The notes beneath the pieces are model-generated. The model saw only the letters and a program-made list of their open reading frames with translations. It was not told the DNA's origin and did not search any database. A stretch of DNA of 64,000 nt from contig JANXCY010000002.1 of NCBI GenBank assembly GCA_025060135.1, positions 42,623 to 106,622 of the forward strand, in the 5' to 3' direction. The stretch comes from Anaerolineae bacterium. Lineage in GTDB: Bacteria; Chloroflexota; Anaerolineae; B4-G1; DUEL01. This document shows, piece by piece, positions 37,120 through 46,543 of the stretch (positions are counted from its first letter, which is position 1; each line of letters opens with the position of its first letter). The position numbers and the translations under genes were made by a program.

Positions 37120-38243
37120 CGGACCACCTCCCGGGCAATTTCGTCGGGCCGGATCATCCGCCCAATGGCGGTAACAAGCCGGACGTGGGGCGGGATGCGC
37201 CGCCCGAAGAGCAGGTGTGCCAGTTGGCCCTGGTGGTTCTCCTCGGCAATGACCACACGCGGGTAGCGGTCTACCGTCTCCAGGTAGACGGCGGGAAGCG
37301 GTAGCAGGGTCCGGGGAATCAGCAGGGAGACCGGCACACCCTGGGCCCGCAGGGCCGCCACCGCCTCGCGCGCCGCGCCGGAGGTGATGTCCCAGGTTAC
37401 CACCAGCGTCTGGGCGCCCTCCTGTTCGTCCAGGCTGTAGAGGACGGGGGTCCGGGACTCCACTTTGGCCGGGAGGCGGCGGGTGTTGGCCATGGATTCA
37501 TCGCTGGTATGCTGAATGATGCCGCAGCGGTCGTGGGTGGAGGCGTTCAGCCGTACCTGATGCTGGTCGTTGCCCACCGGCAGGAAGGGCGGGACCAGCC
37601 CGTCGCCGGGGTCATAGGTGCAGTACGGGCCGGGGCCGTCGTAGAAAGTCCGGTGGACCGGTTCTATCTCCGCCAGGCGCGCCAGGTCAAAACTCTCCTG
37701 GGTCATCACCATCTCTTTGGAGGTCAGGAGCACCACCGGCGTCCGCAGGTCCACCGCCGTCTGCAGGGCGACGGGCGGGAGGAGCCAGCAGTCTTCCAGA
37801 TCAGAGATGCAGAAGACCGGGAGCGGGTAGCCGCCGGACATCAGGCCGTTCAGCAGGAAGAGGTCGCCCTGGGCGCCGGCCGTGGCCGAGCCGGTGGCCG
37901 GGCCCAGCCGCTGGACCAGGATCACCAGCATGGGGAGTTCCATCATGTAGGCCATATTGACGGACTCCACCATCAGGGCGAATCCCGGGAAGGAAGTGGC
38001 CGAGACGGGAAGGTGCCCGGCGGCGGAGAGACCGGCCATCCACTGCAGGGCGGTGATTTCGTCCGGGGCTGGCAGGGCAATGGGAAAGCGACGGCTGGCG
38101 TAGAAGAAGATGAGGCTGGCCGGAGTAATCGGGTAGCCCACGTAGGCATCGGCTCCGGCCCGGACGCAGGCCTCGGCGATCAGTCGGGAACCGTCAACCA
38201 GGACAGGGTAGGATCGGGTTTCGTTCATATGCTTTACCACCAA
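37116..38243 (-). CDS. korA: 2-oxoacid:ferredoxin oxidoreductase alpha subunit
   Basis: KorA/PorA family (YVGYPITPAS). The tracked ORF begins with TTG; the ATG at 38228 is the likelier start. Confidence 0.8.
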   Translation of the reverse strand: MVVKHMNETRSYPVLVDGSRLIAEACVRAGADAYVGYPITPASLIFFYASRRFPIALPAPDEITALQWMAGLSAAGHLPVSATSFPGFALMVESVNMAYMMELPMLVILVQRLGPATGSATAGAQGDLFLLNGLMSGGYPLPVFCISDLEDCWLLPPVALQTAVDLRTPVVLLTSKEMVMTQESFDLARLAEIEPVHRTFYDGPGPYCTYDPGDGLVPPFLPVGNDQHQVRLNASTHDRCGIIQHTSDESMANTRRLPAKVESRTPVLYSLDEQEGAQTLVVTWDITSGAAREAVAALRAQGVPVSLLIPRTLLPLPAVYLETVDRYPRVVIAEENHQGQLAHLLFGRRIPPHVRLVTAIGRMIRPDEIAREVVR

Positions 38244-38314
38244 GACACGAAGACACCAAGTTTAATTTTTAATTGTTAATTTTTTAGTTTCTTCGTGTCT
38301 TGGTGTCTTCGTGG
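38238..38314. repeat. perfect 15-bp inverted repeat (cacgaagacaccaag / cttggtgtcttcgtg; extendable to about 23 bp) flanking a 38-bp AT-rich core
   Basis: Arms at 38246-38260 and 38299-38313. Lies between the recombinase gene 3' end and the korA 5' end. Confidence 0.6.
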
Positions 38315-38317
38315 TTT

Positions 38318-39211
38318 CTACTCCCTCTCAGCCAGGCGGGCGAGTTTGGGTTCTACCTCCCGCCAGGAGATGCGGGTGAGGCCCAGTTTCTGTCGCAACT
38401 TCTCCGGGGGCATCCCGGCCCGGTAGTCCCGTACGGCGCAGGTCCAGCGCAGCATTTCAAAGGAGAGCCCTTCGGTCAGCCCGGCCTGCTGGGCCACGTC
38501 GTCCAGCACGTACTCCAGGTTGCGCGCGGTGCAGGGGAACAGTCGGTCCTGGGGGTCGTATTGGGCGCGGTATTCGGCCAGCACCGCCGGCCATTCGGCG
38601 GGCAGGGGCAGGCGCCGCTCCTTGTGCTTGCGGCGCGGGCTGGCGTACCGCACCCACAATACCGGCCGCGCCGGATCGGAGAGGTCTATGTGGTCCAGCG
38701 CGATGTTCATGCATTCGCCCTTTTTGATGCCGGTGTGCAGGAGCAGGGTAACCAGGAGGTGCGGTCGGGGATCGGGTGGGTCGCGGCGGCGCAGGGCCTG
38801 GGTAACTTCCAGCACGCGGGCTACCTCCTCGTCGCTGAGCACCCGGGGCGGTCCGGTCAGAACGGGACGGTGGATGACCGGCGCGGCGGGGTCCTCCGGC
38901 AGGACGCCCGTCTCCGCCAGCCAGCCGAAGAAGACCTTGAGCGTCGTGATCCGGCGGGAGAGGGACTTGGGGGTGCATGGGACATCCCGCTCCTCGGTGA
39001 GCCAGTGGACGAATCGGTTCAGGTCGCGGGTGCCGATGTCGCCCACGGCCCGCTCCATACCCAGGTACTCGCCCAGGATGCGCAGGTCGGAGGTGAAGGA
39101 GCGAATAGTGTGCTGGCTGAAGTCCCGCGCGCGCATATAGTCCTGGAAAGCCGGAATGGCCTCTCTCAGGGACGAGCGCGCGGTCAGGCCGACGCCCTCC
39201 GCCATAACCAC
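38318..39211 (-). CDS. tyrosine-recombinase/phage-integrase-family protein (XerC/D-like, divergent catalytic residues)
   Basis: N-terminal SAM-like core-binding domain and integrase-fold C-domain (LLLHTGIKKGE, LRWTCAVRDYRAG). Lys replaces the usual first catalytic Arg. Confidence 0.6.
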   Translation of the reverse strand: MVMAEGVGLTARSSLREAIPAFQDYMRARDFSQHTIRSFTSDLRILGEYLGMERAVGDIGTRDLNRFVHWLTEERDVPCTPKSLSRRITTLKVFFGWLAETGVLPEDPAAPVIHRPVLTGPPRVLSDEEVARVLEVTQALRRRDPPDPRPHLLVTLLLHTGIKKGECMNIALDHIDLSDPARPVLWVRYASPRRKHKERRLPLPAEWPAVLAEYRAQYDPQDRLFPCTARNLEYVLDDVAQQAGLTEGLSFEMLRWTCAVRDYRAGMPPEKLRQKLGLTRISWREVEPKLARLAERE

Positions 39212-39363
39212 CTCCGGAATTGGCCACCAATCACTTTGTACTTCCCGCTAAACCGGATTGTGGAACGCCAAAGCGGAATGGGCCGGAGAGGTCTCCGGCT
39301 CTCTGCCCTGGCTCGACAGATGGACTTTATTTTCCGCTCTTGGGCCTATAAGGGGTGCGTTTC

Positions 39364-40536
39364 TTATCTTCGTATCGCCTCCAGGAGGATTTCCGCGACG
39401 TCTTTGACTCGCAGGCGGAGGCGTTCGGTGCGGGCGGCATTGGAGAGCGTGCGCTCGCACTGCTGGCAAGCAGAGACGACGACCTGGGCACCGGTCTCCA
39501 CAGCCTGGCGGATGCGCTGGACGGCCACCGCCTGGCTGAGGGCGGGGTCCATACTTTCCAGGTTGCCTCCACCTCCGCAGCAGTGGGACCCGCCCTGGTT
39601 CTCCGTCATTTCCACCAGGGTTACCCCTGGGATGGCATGGAGAATCCGGCGGGGGGCGTCAAAGACGCCGCTCTTGCGGCCCAAGTCGCAGGGGTCGTGG
39701 TAGGTAACGGTCTGCTCCGAAAGGTCGTCTCGAAGAGGAATCCGCCCGCTTTCCAGCAGGTCTGCCAGAAACTCCACCGCGTGATGGACCTCCAAGCCCA
39801 GGTCCTCCTCCAGCGCGGCCGGGTAGGCATGCTTCCAGAAGTGGAAGCAGGAAGGGCAGGTGGTAACCAGTGTCCGGGCGCCGGTAGCCCGAACCACCTC
39901 CAGGTTGTGGCGCATGATCTCTCGGGCTCCCTTCAAGTCGCCGTTGATAGCCAATGGGTAACCGCAGCACCACTCTTCAGCCCCCAGCAGGGCGTAATCT
40001 ACTCCGGCCCCCTCCAGAATCTGGACGAAGGACTGGGGGATGGCGTAACTGCGGGGGAAGAGCGCGCCGACACAGCCAACGAAATAGACCACCTCGGCTG
40101 GATGCTTCTTTCCAAGACCGGTAGGGGGCGCGGGGAGGTTCTGAGCCCAGAGGAGGCGGCTTTCGGGCGGTTCGGCGGAGATGTTGTGGCTCTCCCGGAT
40201 CCGTGCGTTCAGCGTGGCCAGGGGCTGAGGGAGCAAGCCCAGACCGGACATCGCCCCGCGCGTTAGTTCCAGGACCCGGTCCACCGTTACACCACTGGGG
40301 CAGGTAAAAGTACAGGCGCCGCAGAGGAGGCAGCGGAAGAACTGAGCCGCCGTCCGGTCCGTGGGCTTTTCCAGCAGCCCCTCCCGGACCGCCCGCAGCA
40401 GCGCGACGCGGGCGCGGGGAGAGTCGGTCTCGTTCAGCGTCAGCCGGTAGGTGGGGCAGACGGCCAGACATTGGCCACAGCGGATGCAGTGGAGGTCGTG
40501 GTCCTCAGCGATGTGAGGTTGGGATGAGGGTACCAT
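39364..40536 (-). CDS. (Fe-S)-binding oxidoreductase subunit with two 4Fe-4S motifs and two CCG domains (GlcF/HdrD-like)
   Basis: CIRCGQCLAVCP, CLLCGACTFTCP, and CCG motifs (CPSC..., DPCD..., HCCGGGG). Confidence 0.75.
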   Translation of the reverse strand: MVPSSQPHIAEDHDLHCIRCGQCLAVCPTYRLTLNETDSPRARVALLRAVREGLLEKPTDRTAAQFFRCLLCGACTFTCPSGVTVDRVLELTRGAMSGLGLLPQPLATLNARIRESHNISAEPPESRLLWAQNLPAPPTGLGKKHPAEVVYFVGCVGALFPRSYAIPQSFVQILEGAGVDYALLGAEEWCCGYPLAINGDLKGAREIMRHNLEVVRATGARTLVTTCPSCFHFWKHAYPAALEEDLGLEVHHAVEFLADLLESGRIPLRDDLSEQTVTYHDPCDLGRKSGVFDAPRRILHAIPGVTLVEMTENQGGSHCCGGGGNLESMDPALSQAVAVQRIRQAVETGAQVVVSACQQCERTLSNAARTERLRLRVKDVAEILLEAIRR

Positions 40537-40650
40537 CGCTGGTCCTCGTCGGAGGGAGTTTCACCGCAGAGAACGCGGAGAACCCAGAGGGAAAGGGAAC
40601 AATGAAAAATTCGGTGTTCTGTGCCCTCTGCGCCTCTGCGGTGAGAACCA

Positions 40651-41895
40651 TCACGCGCCGAATTTGGTCAGGCGGCCAGCGTAGGCCATTGCCAGAGGCA
40701 TCAGGTCCACGTGGCGGATGTGGCCTAGCCCTCCCCGCATACAGGCCCGCTCACCGAACTGGGTGACGTCGTCCGGGCAGATGTAGCGGGACCAGAGGAG
40801 GACAGGGAGTTCGTGCCAGGAGTGGGCCTTCCAGAGAGCCGGCGTGGCGTGGTCGCCGGTGATGATGATGACATCCGGCTCCAGCGCCAGGATGTCCGGA
40901 AGAACCCGGTCCACATGTTCAATAACCTCCACTTTCCGCTGGAAGTCGCCGTCCTCGCCGGCGCTGTCAGTCTTCTTCACGTGGAAGAAGAAGAAATCGT
41001 ACTCGGCCCAGTGGGCCCGCAGGGTCTCCACCTGGTCCTCCAGCGTCTCGCCGGTGGGGAGGACGTCCATCCCGGCCAGTTTCGCTACGCCCCGGTACAT
41101 CGGGTAGGTGGCGATAGCCGCGCAGCGCATCCGGTAGATTTCGGGCATTTTCGGCAGGCCCGGGTCTTTGGCCATCCCGCGCAGGTTGCAGCCGTTGGCG
41201 GGGTACTCATCCGCCAACAGTTTCCGGGCCTCGGCCATCCACTGGTTGAGGAGTTCCGCTGTCCGGGCCGCCTCCGGACGGGTGGGATACACCGGCAGCG
41301 GGGGCTTGCCTACCTGCTGGGGGTCGGTCTCGGTGAGTCCGTCCTCCAGCCCTTCGCCCCGGAGGACCAGGACGAATCGGTACTCCTTGACGGGCTCCAC
41401 GAAGACCTGCACGCCGGGGAGTTGGATGGTGCGGAGTTTGGCACAGAGGCGCGCGCCTACCTCGGTGGGAATGCGACCGGCCCGCCGATCGGTGATGACG
41501 CCTGTCTCGGGGTCCAGTGTACAGAAGTTGCCCCGCGCGGCGATGTCCTGGGGCTGAAGGTCAAAGCCGATGCCCAGCGCCTCCAGAACGCCCCGGCCAA
41601 TTTCGTAGCGGAAGGGGTCGTAGCCAAAGAGGGCCAGATGCGCCGGGCCGCTCCCCGGGGCGATACCCGGAGCGATGGGCGTGCTCAGCCCGCAGATGGA
41701 GCGGGCCGCCAGCGCGTCCATGTGAGGCGTGTACGCGGCCTCCAGTTCCGTTGGGCCGCCGGGGGTCATCGGCAGGCCGCCCAGACCATCCATCACCAGC
41801 AGGAGAATTTTGCCTTTCCCTTCTATAGCCAGTTCACGAATCTGTTCCAGAGACTCCATTGTGCGATCCTCCGTCAGAGGTCGGGAAATCTTCAA
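40651..41895 (-). CDS. apgM: 2,3-bisphosphoglycerate-independent phosphoglycerate mutase, archaeal type
   Basis: LLLVMDGLGG, metalloenzyme-superfamily ApgM sequence. Likely start MESLEQ at about 41859. Confidence 0.8.
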   Translation of the reverse strand: MKISRPLTEDRTMESLEQIRELAIEGKGKILLLVMDGLGGLPMTPGGPTELEAAYTPHMDALAARSICGLSTPIAPGIAPGSGPAHLALFGYDPFRYEIGRGVLEALGIGFDLQPQDIAARGNFCTLDPETGVITDRRAGRIPTEVGARLCAKLRTIQLPGVQVFVEPVKEYRFVLVLRGEGLEDGLTETDPQQVGKPPLPVYPTRPEAARTAELLNQWMAEARKLLADEYPANGCNLRGMAKDPGLPKMPEIYRMRCAAIATYPMYRGVAKLAGMDVLPTGETLEDQVETLRAHWAEYDFFFFHVKKTDSAGEDGDFQRKVEVIEHVDRVLPDILALEPDVIIITGDHATPALWKAHSWHELPVLLWSRYICPDDVTQFGERACMRGGLGHIRHVDLMPLAMAYAGRLTKFGA

Positions 41896-41999
41896 GAGTA
41901 ATCTTACCTTTATTCCAGGCCTCTGTCAAGTGAACACAAAAATAACAGAATATATTTTTTATTACCGCGACGCCGCGCCCCGTACAAAGAACGACGTAC

Positions 42000-42028
42000 T
42001 TGTCAAAGAGAGACGAGGATGGTAGAAT
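42000..42028 (+). promoter_or_regulatory. sigma70-type promoter (TTGTCA-17-TAGAAT) for tatA
   Basis: ttgtca aagagagacgaggatgg tagaat read directly. Confidence 0.5.
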
Positions 42029-42061
42029 GCTGGCAGAATTCTCCAGTGAGGGTGAGCAACT

Positions 42062-42241
42062 ATGGGCTGGATTCGCGGTTGGGAATGGATTATTGTTCTG
42101 GTCATCGTCCTCCTGCTCTTCGGAGTTGGACGACTGGGACAACTGGGCGCGGAATTGGGGAAGGGCATCCGGAATTTCCGGGAAGCCCTCTCGGGCAAAT
42201 CGGCCAAACCTGAGGAATCCGAAGGGGAACCCAAGACCTGA
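42062..42241 (+). CDS. tatA: twin-arginine translocase subunit TatA/E (59 aa; below the 60-aa cutoff of the ORF track)
   Basis: Manual translation [59 protein letters not shown] shows the classic TatA TM + amphipathic helix signature. Confidence 0.8.
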   Translation: MGWIRGWEWIIVLVIVLLLFGVGRLGQLGAELGKGIRNFREALSGKSAKPEESEGEPKT

Positions 42242-42350
42242 TCGCTGATCCCTTTTCGGGCTCGAGGCGTTCGACCCTCTCCCGAGCGAAAAGCCGATTC
42301 ACCGGATTTCCTCGGGCATTGGCCGTGGCTGGTTTCTCCGATACGCCAGG

Positions 42351-42716
42351 ATGGACTTTCTGAACATCGGTTCGGGAGAGTTTTTCTTTCTGGTGCTGCT
42401 GGCCATTCTGCTGGTTGGCCCCAAACGGGCCGTGGAATGGACTCAACAGGCTGTTCGCTTAATGGCCCGCATTCGGCAGGAGTGGCTTGCGGTCCAGCGG
42501 GATGTGGTGCGCGAGGTCCAGGCCCTCCAGCAGGAGACGGTGAGTACTCTTCAACCAGCCCTCCAGGAGGTGGTGCCAGGCCATCCCGATTGGCAACAGG
42601 AGGTGGCGGAGACTGTTCAACCGATTCGGGAAACCGCGCGGGAGATCCAGGTTCTCCAGACCCAGGTGGCTTCCCTGACTGAGAAACTGAAACCGACCAG
42701 CGATTTCGCGGGATAG
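42351..42716 (+). CDS. tatB: twin-arginine translocase subunit TatB-like
   Basis: MDFLNIGSGEFFFLVLLAILLVGPKR N-terminus typical of TatA/B family with a longer helical C-terminus. Confidence 0.65.
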   Translation: MDFLNIGSGEFFFLVLLAILLVGPKRAVEWTQQAVRLMARIRQEWLAVQRDVVREVQALQQETVSTLQPALQEVVPGHPDWQQEVAETVQPIRETAREIQVLQTQVASLTEKLKPTSDFAG

Positions 42717-43008
42717 AGTAGAACACAAGGGCGGGATGAGCAGCGGCAGAAAGCCGCCGTGATATCTCGCCCGCTTTTTTAGAAGCCCGATCGTTCTCAA
42801 ATTTCTCGCCTCCGGGCGAAGTGGGAAGGCAGAGAGGGGATCCAGGGAGAATAAGGGAGGCACGAATTTTCAGGACTTTTGTCTGGCGGGATTGGAGGAG
42901 ACTCAACCACTGGTTGGATATTTTAGTCCTCATAAGGCTACAGACCACTCTCCAGAACAGGCTATTTATGCCATCGTCGGATCGCGACAGCGGTGTTCGC
43001 TCGTGCGC

Positions 43009-43036
43009 TTGACAGACCACCGGAACCGACTATAAT
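43009..43036 (+). promoter_or_regulatory. consensus sigma70-type promoter (TTGACA-16-TATAAT) about 195 nt upstream of the hydrogenase small-subunit gene
   Basis: ttgaca gaccaccggaaccgac tataat. Confidence 0.55.
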
Positions 43037-43231
43037 CGGCCTTGCCAAGGATAAGGAGATACCTTCTGATACACCTCCGTATATCCTGAGCCTGGTACCA
43101 GCGGATGCACGCGGGTCGGCTGCTGCATCCGGCGAGCGAAGGGCCGAACGTCCCGAACGGATCCGGAAGCTCGCTCCGGTGGCTGTTCTACGGTTTCCCC
43201 ATGGTTGAACCTTGTAACTGGAGGTGCTTTG

Positions 43232-44317
43232 ATGAATCGCTCCACGACTCTGGCCGAAGAACTGGCCGTCCGGGGTATTACCCGCCGGGAATTCCTGAAG
43301 TTCTGTACCATTATGGCTGGCGTGCTGGCCCTGCCAGTGGACCGGGCGGCCAGAATTGCCCGGGCGCTGGAGACCGTCCGGCGGCCACCGGTCATCTGGT
43401 TGCACTTCCAGGAGTGTACCGGCTGTACGGAGTCCCTCCTGCGGGCCAACCGCCCCACAGTGGCCGAACTGGTGCTGGATGTCCTCTCCCTGAACTACCT
43501 GGAGACCATCATGGCGCCCGCTGGCCACGCGGCGGAGAAATCCCTCCACGATACCATCCAAGAAGGCGGCTATATTACCATCGTGGAGGGCTCCATCCCC
43601 ACCGCCGACGACGGCATTTATTGCTGTATCGCTGGCCGCACCGCGCTGGACATTCTCAAGGAGGTAGCGGCCAACACGGCGGCCATCATCACCGTAGGCG
43701 CCTGCGCCTTCTACGGCGGCTGGCCGTCCACACCCCCCAACCCCACTGGCGCCAAAGGGGTGAAGGACATTATCTCAGGCGTCCCCATCGTCAACCTCTC
43801 GGGCTGTCCCCCCAACGTAGATAACATCACCGCCACGGTGGTCCACTATCTGACCTTCAACGAACTGCCTGCGCTGGACGACCTGGGCCGGCCCCTTTTC
43901 GCCCATGGCCGTCGCATCCATGATAACTGTGAGCGGCGCGGCCACTTTGACGCCGGCGAGTTCGTGGAGGCCTGGGGCGACGAAGGCCATCGTAACGGCT
44001 GGTGCCTTTACAGAATGGGCTGCAAGGGGCCGGTGGCCTTTATGAACTGCCCCTCCATCCGCTGGAACGAGGGGACTTCCTGGCCCGTGGGCGCCGGGCA
44101 TGGATGTATCGCCTGTGGGGCCCCCAACTTCTGGGAGATGCCTGCTTACGAGCCTGTGCCCATCCACGTCCTGACCCCCCCCACTACCTACCCCGAAGTG
44201 GAGCCGGTCAAGGAGATGTCTCCTATTACTGCTGGCGTCATCGGCGCGGCGGTGGGTGTGGCCGCTGGCGTGGCCGGCGCGGTGGCGGTGAGCCAGATCG
44301 CCAAGAAGGAGGAGTAA
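43232..44317 (+). CDS. hyaA: [NiFe]-hydrogenase small subunit, group 1 (Tat signal, C-terminal membrane anchor)
   Basis: Tat motif RREFLKF, HFQECTGCTES proximal-cluster motif, C-terminal TM helix. ATG 43232 preceded by GGAGG. Confidence 0.9.
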   Translation: MNRSTTLAEELAVRGITRREFLKFCTIMAGVLALPVDRAARIARALETVRRPPVIWLHFQECTGCTESLLRANRPTVAELVLDVLSLNYLETIMAPAGHAAEKSLHDTIQEGGYITIVEGSIPTADDGIYCCIAGRTALDILKEVAANTAAIITVGACAFYGGWPSTPPNPTGAKGVKDIISGVPIVNLSGCPPNVDNITATVVHYLTFNELPALDDLGRPLFAHGRRIHDNCERRGHFDAGEFVEAWGDEGHRNGWCLYRMGCKGPVAFMNCPSIRWNEGTSWPVGAGHGCIACGAPNFWEMPAYEPVPIHVLTPPTTYPEVEPVKEMSPITAGVIGAAVGVAAGVAGAVAVSQIAKKEE

Positions 44318-44318
44318 G

Positions 44319-46037
44319 ATGGCACAGAAGATCGTCATTGATCCCATCACCCGCATAGAGGGCCATCTGCGCATTGAGGCCCGGATTGAGGACGGGCGCG
44401 TCGCCGAGGCCTGGGCCTCGGGCACCATGTTTCGGGGGCTGGAAATCATCCTCAAGGGCCGCGACCCCCGCGAGGCCTGGCTGATGGCCCAGCGAATATG
44501 AGGGGTCTGAACGACGGTGCATGCCGTCGCCTCCGTGCGAGGCGTAGAAGACGCTCTGGGCATTCCGATTCCGGATAACGCGCGGATTATCCGCAATCTC
44601 ATTGCGGGCATTCAGTACGTTCAGGACCACGTCATCCACTTCTACCACCTCCATGCGCTGGACTGGGTGGATATTATGGAAGCGTTGAAGGCCGACCCCC
44701 ACAAAACGGCCCAACTGGCGCAATCCATCTCCGACTGGCCCAATTCCAGCCCTGACTATTTCCGCACCCTCAAGGAGAAACTGGATGCCTTCGTCCGCAG
44801 TGGCCAACTGGGCATCTTTGCCAATGGCTACTGGGGCCATCCGGCCTACCGGCTGCCACCGGAGGCGAACCTGCTGGCCGTAGCCCACTACCTGGAGGCG
44901 CTGGACTGGCAGCGAGACGTCATCCGGGCCCACGCCATCCTGGGCGGTAAGAACCCCCATCCCCAGACCTATCTGGTAGGCGGGGTGGCCATCCCGGTGG
45001 ACCCCGATAGCGAGACGGCGCTGAACGCCGATAAACTGGCTTTCCTGAAACGGCTGTTCACGAAGGCCCTGACCTTCGTCCAGCAGGTCTACATCCCCGA
45101 TCTGCTGGCGATCGCCTCGTTTTATAAGGACGAATGGACAGGCATTGGCGAGGGGCTGGGCAACTTCATGGTCTACGGCGACTTCCCGGACCGGGCTGGG
45201 AATTTCCTGTTCCCATCGGGCATCATTCTGAACCGGGACCTGAGCCAGGTCCATCCGGTGGACCAACGGAAGATCGCCGAGTATGTGGCTCACTCCTGGT
45301 ATCAGTATGCGGAGGGCGATCGCGTCGGCAAGCATCCCTGGGAAGGAGAGACGACACCGAACTACACGGGCCCCCAGCCGCCCTACCAGTACCTGAACAC
45401 TGCGGGCAAATACTCGTGGTTAAAGGCGCCCCGGTACGACGATCAGCCTATGGAAGTGGGGCCGCTGGCGCGGGTGCTGGTGGCCTATGCCTCCGGCCAC
45501 AAACGAATAAAGGAACTGGTGGATAGCGTCCTGAAGACGCTGGGCGTGGGGCCCGACGCCCTCTTCTCCACCCTGGGCCGGACCGCGGCGCGTGGGATTG
45601 AGACCCTGGTCGTTGCAGAGAAACTGAACGCGTGGGTAGACGAACTGGCAGAGAACATGGCGCGCGGCGACCTGGCGGTCCACAACGGGGAGAAATGGGA
45701 CCCGGCCACCTGGCCGAAGGAGGCAGAAGGATGGGGGCCGCATGAAGCGCCGCGCGGTGCCCTGAGCCACTGGGTGCGCATCGTGGACGGCAAAATCGCC
45801 AACTATCAGGCGGTGGTCCCCTCTACTTGGAACGGGTCCCCGCGAGACGCGCAGGGGCGGCCTGGCGCCTACGAGGCCTCCCTGGTGGGCACCCCCGTCG
45901 CCGACCCGGAGCGGCCCATAGAAATCCTGCGCACCATCCACTCCTTTGACCCATGTATGGCCTGCGCGATCCACGTTACGGACGCGCGCGGCCAGGAGGT
46001 AACCCGTATCCGCCTGAATGACTGGACCTGCCCGTGA
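44319..46037 (+). CDS. hyaB: [NiFe]-hydrogenase large subunit; single reading frame with two in-frame TGA codons at the N-terminal Cys-x-x-Cys Ni-ligand positions (candidate Sec codons)
   Basis: N-terminus MAQKIVIDPITRIEGHLRIEA... and L1 motif read as AQRI-[TGA]-GV-[TGA]-TTVH (44499-44501, 44508-44510). C-terminal DPCMACAIH motif plus cleavable extension intact. Track ORFs 44319..44501 and 44517..46037 are in the same frame. Confidence 0.8.
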
Positions 46038-46540
46038 AGACACTGGTCCTGGGAGTGGGGAATATTCTTCTGAGCGACGAGGGCGTGGGTGTCCATGTCG
46101 TCCGCCTCCTGCAGGAACGGTACCGGTTCCCGCAGGAGGTGGAAATCCTGGACGGCGGGACGCTGGGGCTGAACTTGCTGCCCTACGTGGAGAACGCGGA
46201 CCGGCTGGTGATCGTGGACGCTGTCCAGATGAACGTCCCCCCAGGGACGCTGGTTCGGCTGGAAGGAGCGGAGGTCCCGGCGGTGCTGGGCCTGAAGTAC
46301 TCCTCCCATCAGATGGGAGTGAGTGAGCTGCTGGCTGTCGCCCGCGTGCTGGGACATTCCCCGGCCGAAGTGATTCTCTTGGGCATCCAGCCGGCCTCGC
46401 TGGAAGTGGGGCTGGACTTATCTCCGACCGTCGCCGCTCAGGTGGAGACCCTCGTCCAGAACGTTCTGGCAGAACTGCAGCGGTGGGGAATCCGCCCCCT
46501 GGACTCCCCAGGAAGCCGTGGTCCTCACCAGGAGGAGTGA
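46034..46540 (+). CDS. hyaD: hydrogenase maturation endopeptidase (HyaD/HybD family)
   Basis: LVLGVGNILLSDEGVGVHVV...LVIVDAV motifs. Confidence 0.85.
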   Translation: MKTLVLGVGNILLSDEGVGVHVVRLLQERYRFPQEVEILDGGTLGLNLLPYVENADRLVIVDAVQMNVPPGTLVRLEGAEVPAVLGLKYSSHQMGVSELLAVARVLGHSPAEVILLGIQPASLEVGLDLSPTVAAQVETLVQNVLAELQRWGIRPLDSPGSRGPHQEE

Positions 46541-46543
46541 ATC

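Noticed and set aside
36322-37266. 314-aa + strand ORF antisense to korB/korA
   Set aside because: Antisense artefact. The minus-strand genes have clear TPP and KorA motifs.
38318-39211. Calling the recombinase plus flanking inverted repeat a mobile element or integrated prophage
   Set aside because: No cargo genes, no att duplication. Neighbours are core metabolism genes (kor, Fe-S oxidoreductase, apgM) with native GC.
44319-46037. Treating 44319..44501 and 44517..46037 as a disrupted (pseudo)gene, or as two separate genes
   Set aside because: Same frame, and the only two stops coincide exactly with the two Cys codons of the conserved RICGVCT motif; everything else is intact. Recoding (Sec) is more parsimonious than decay. 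Retained as an alternative to be tested.
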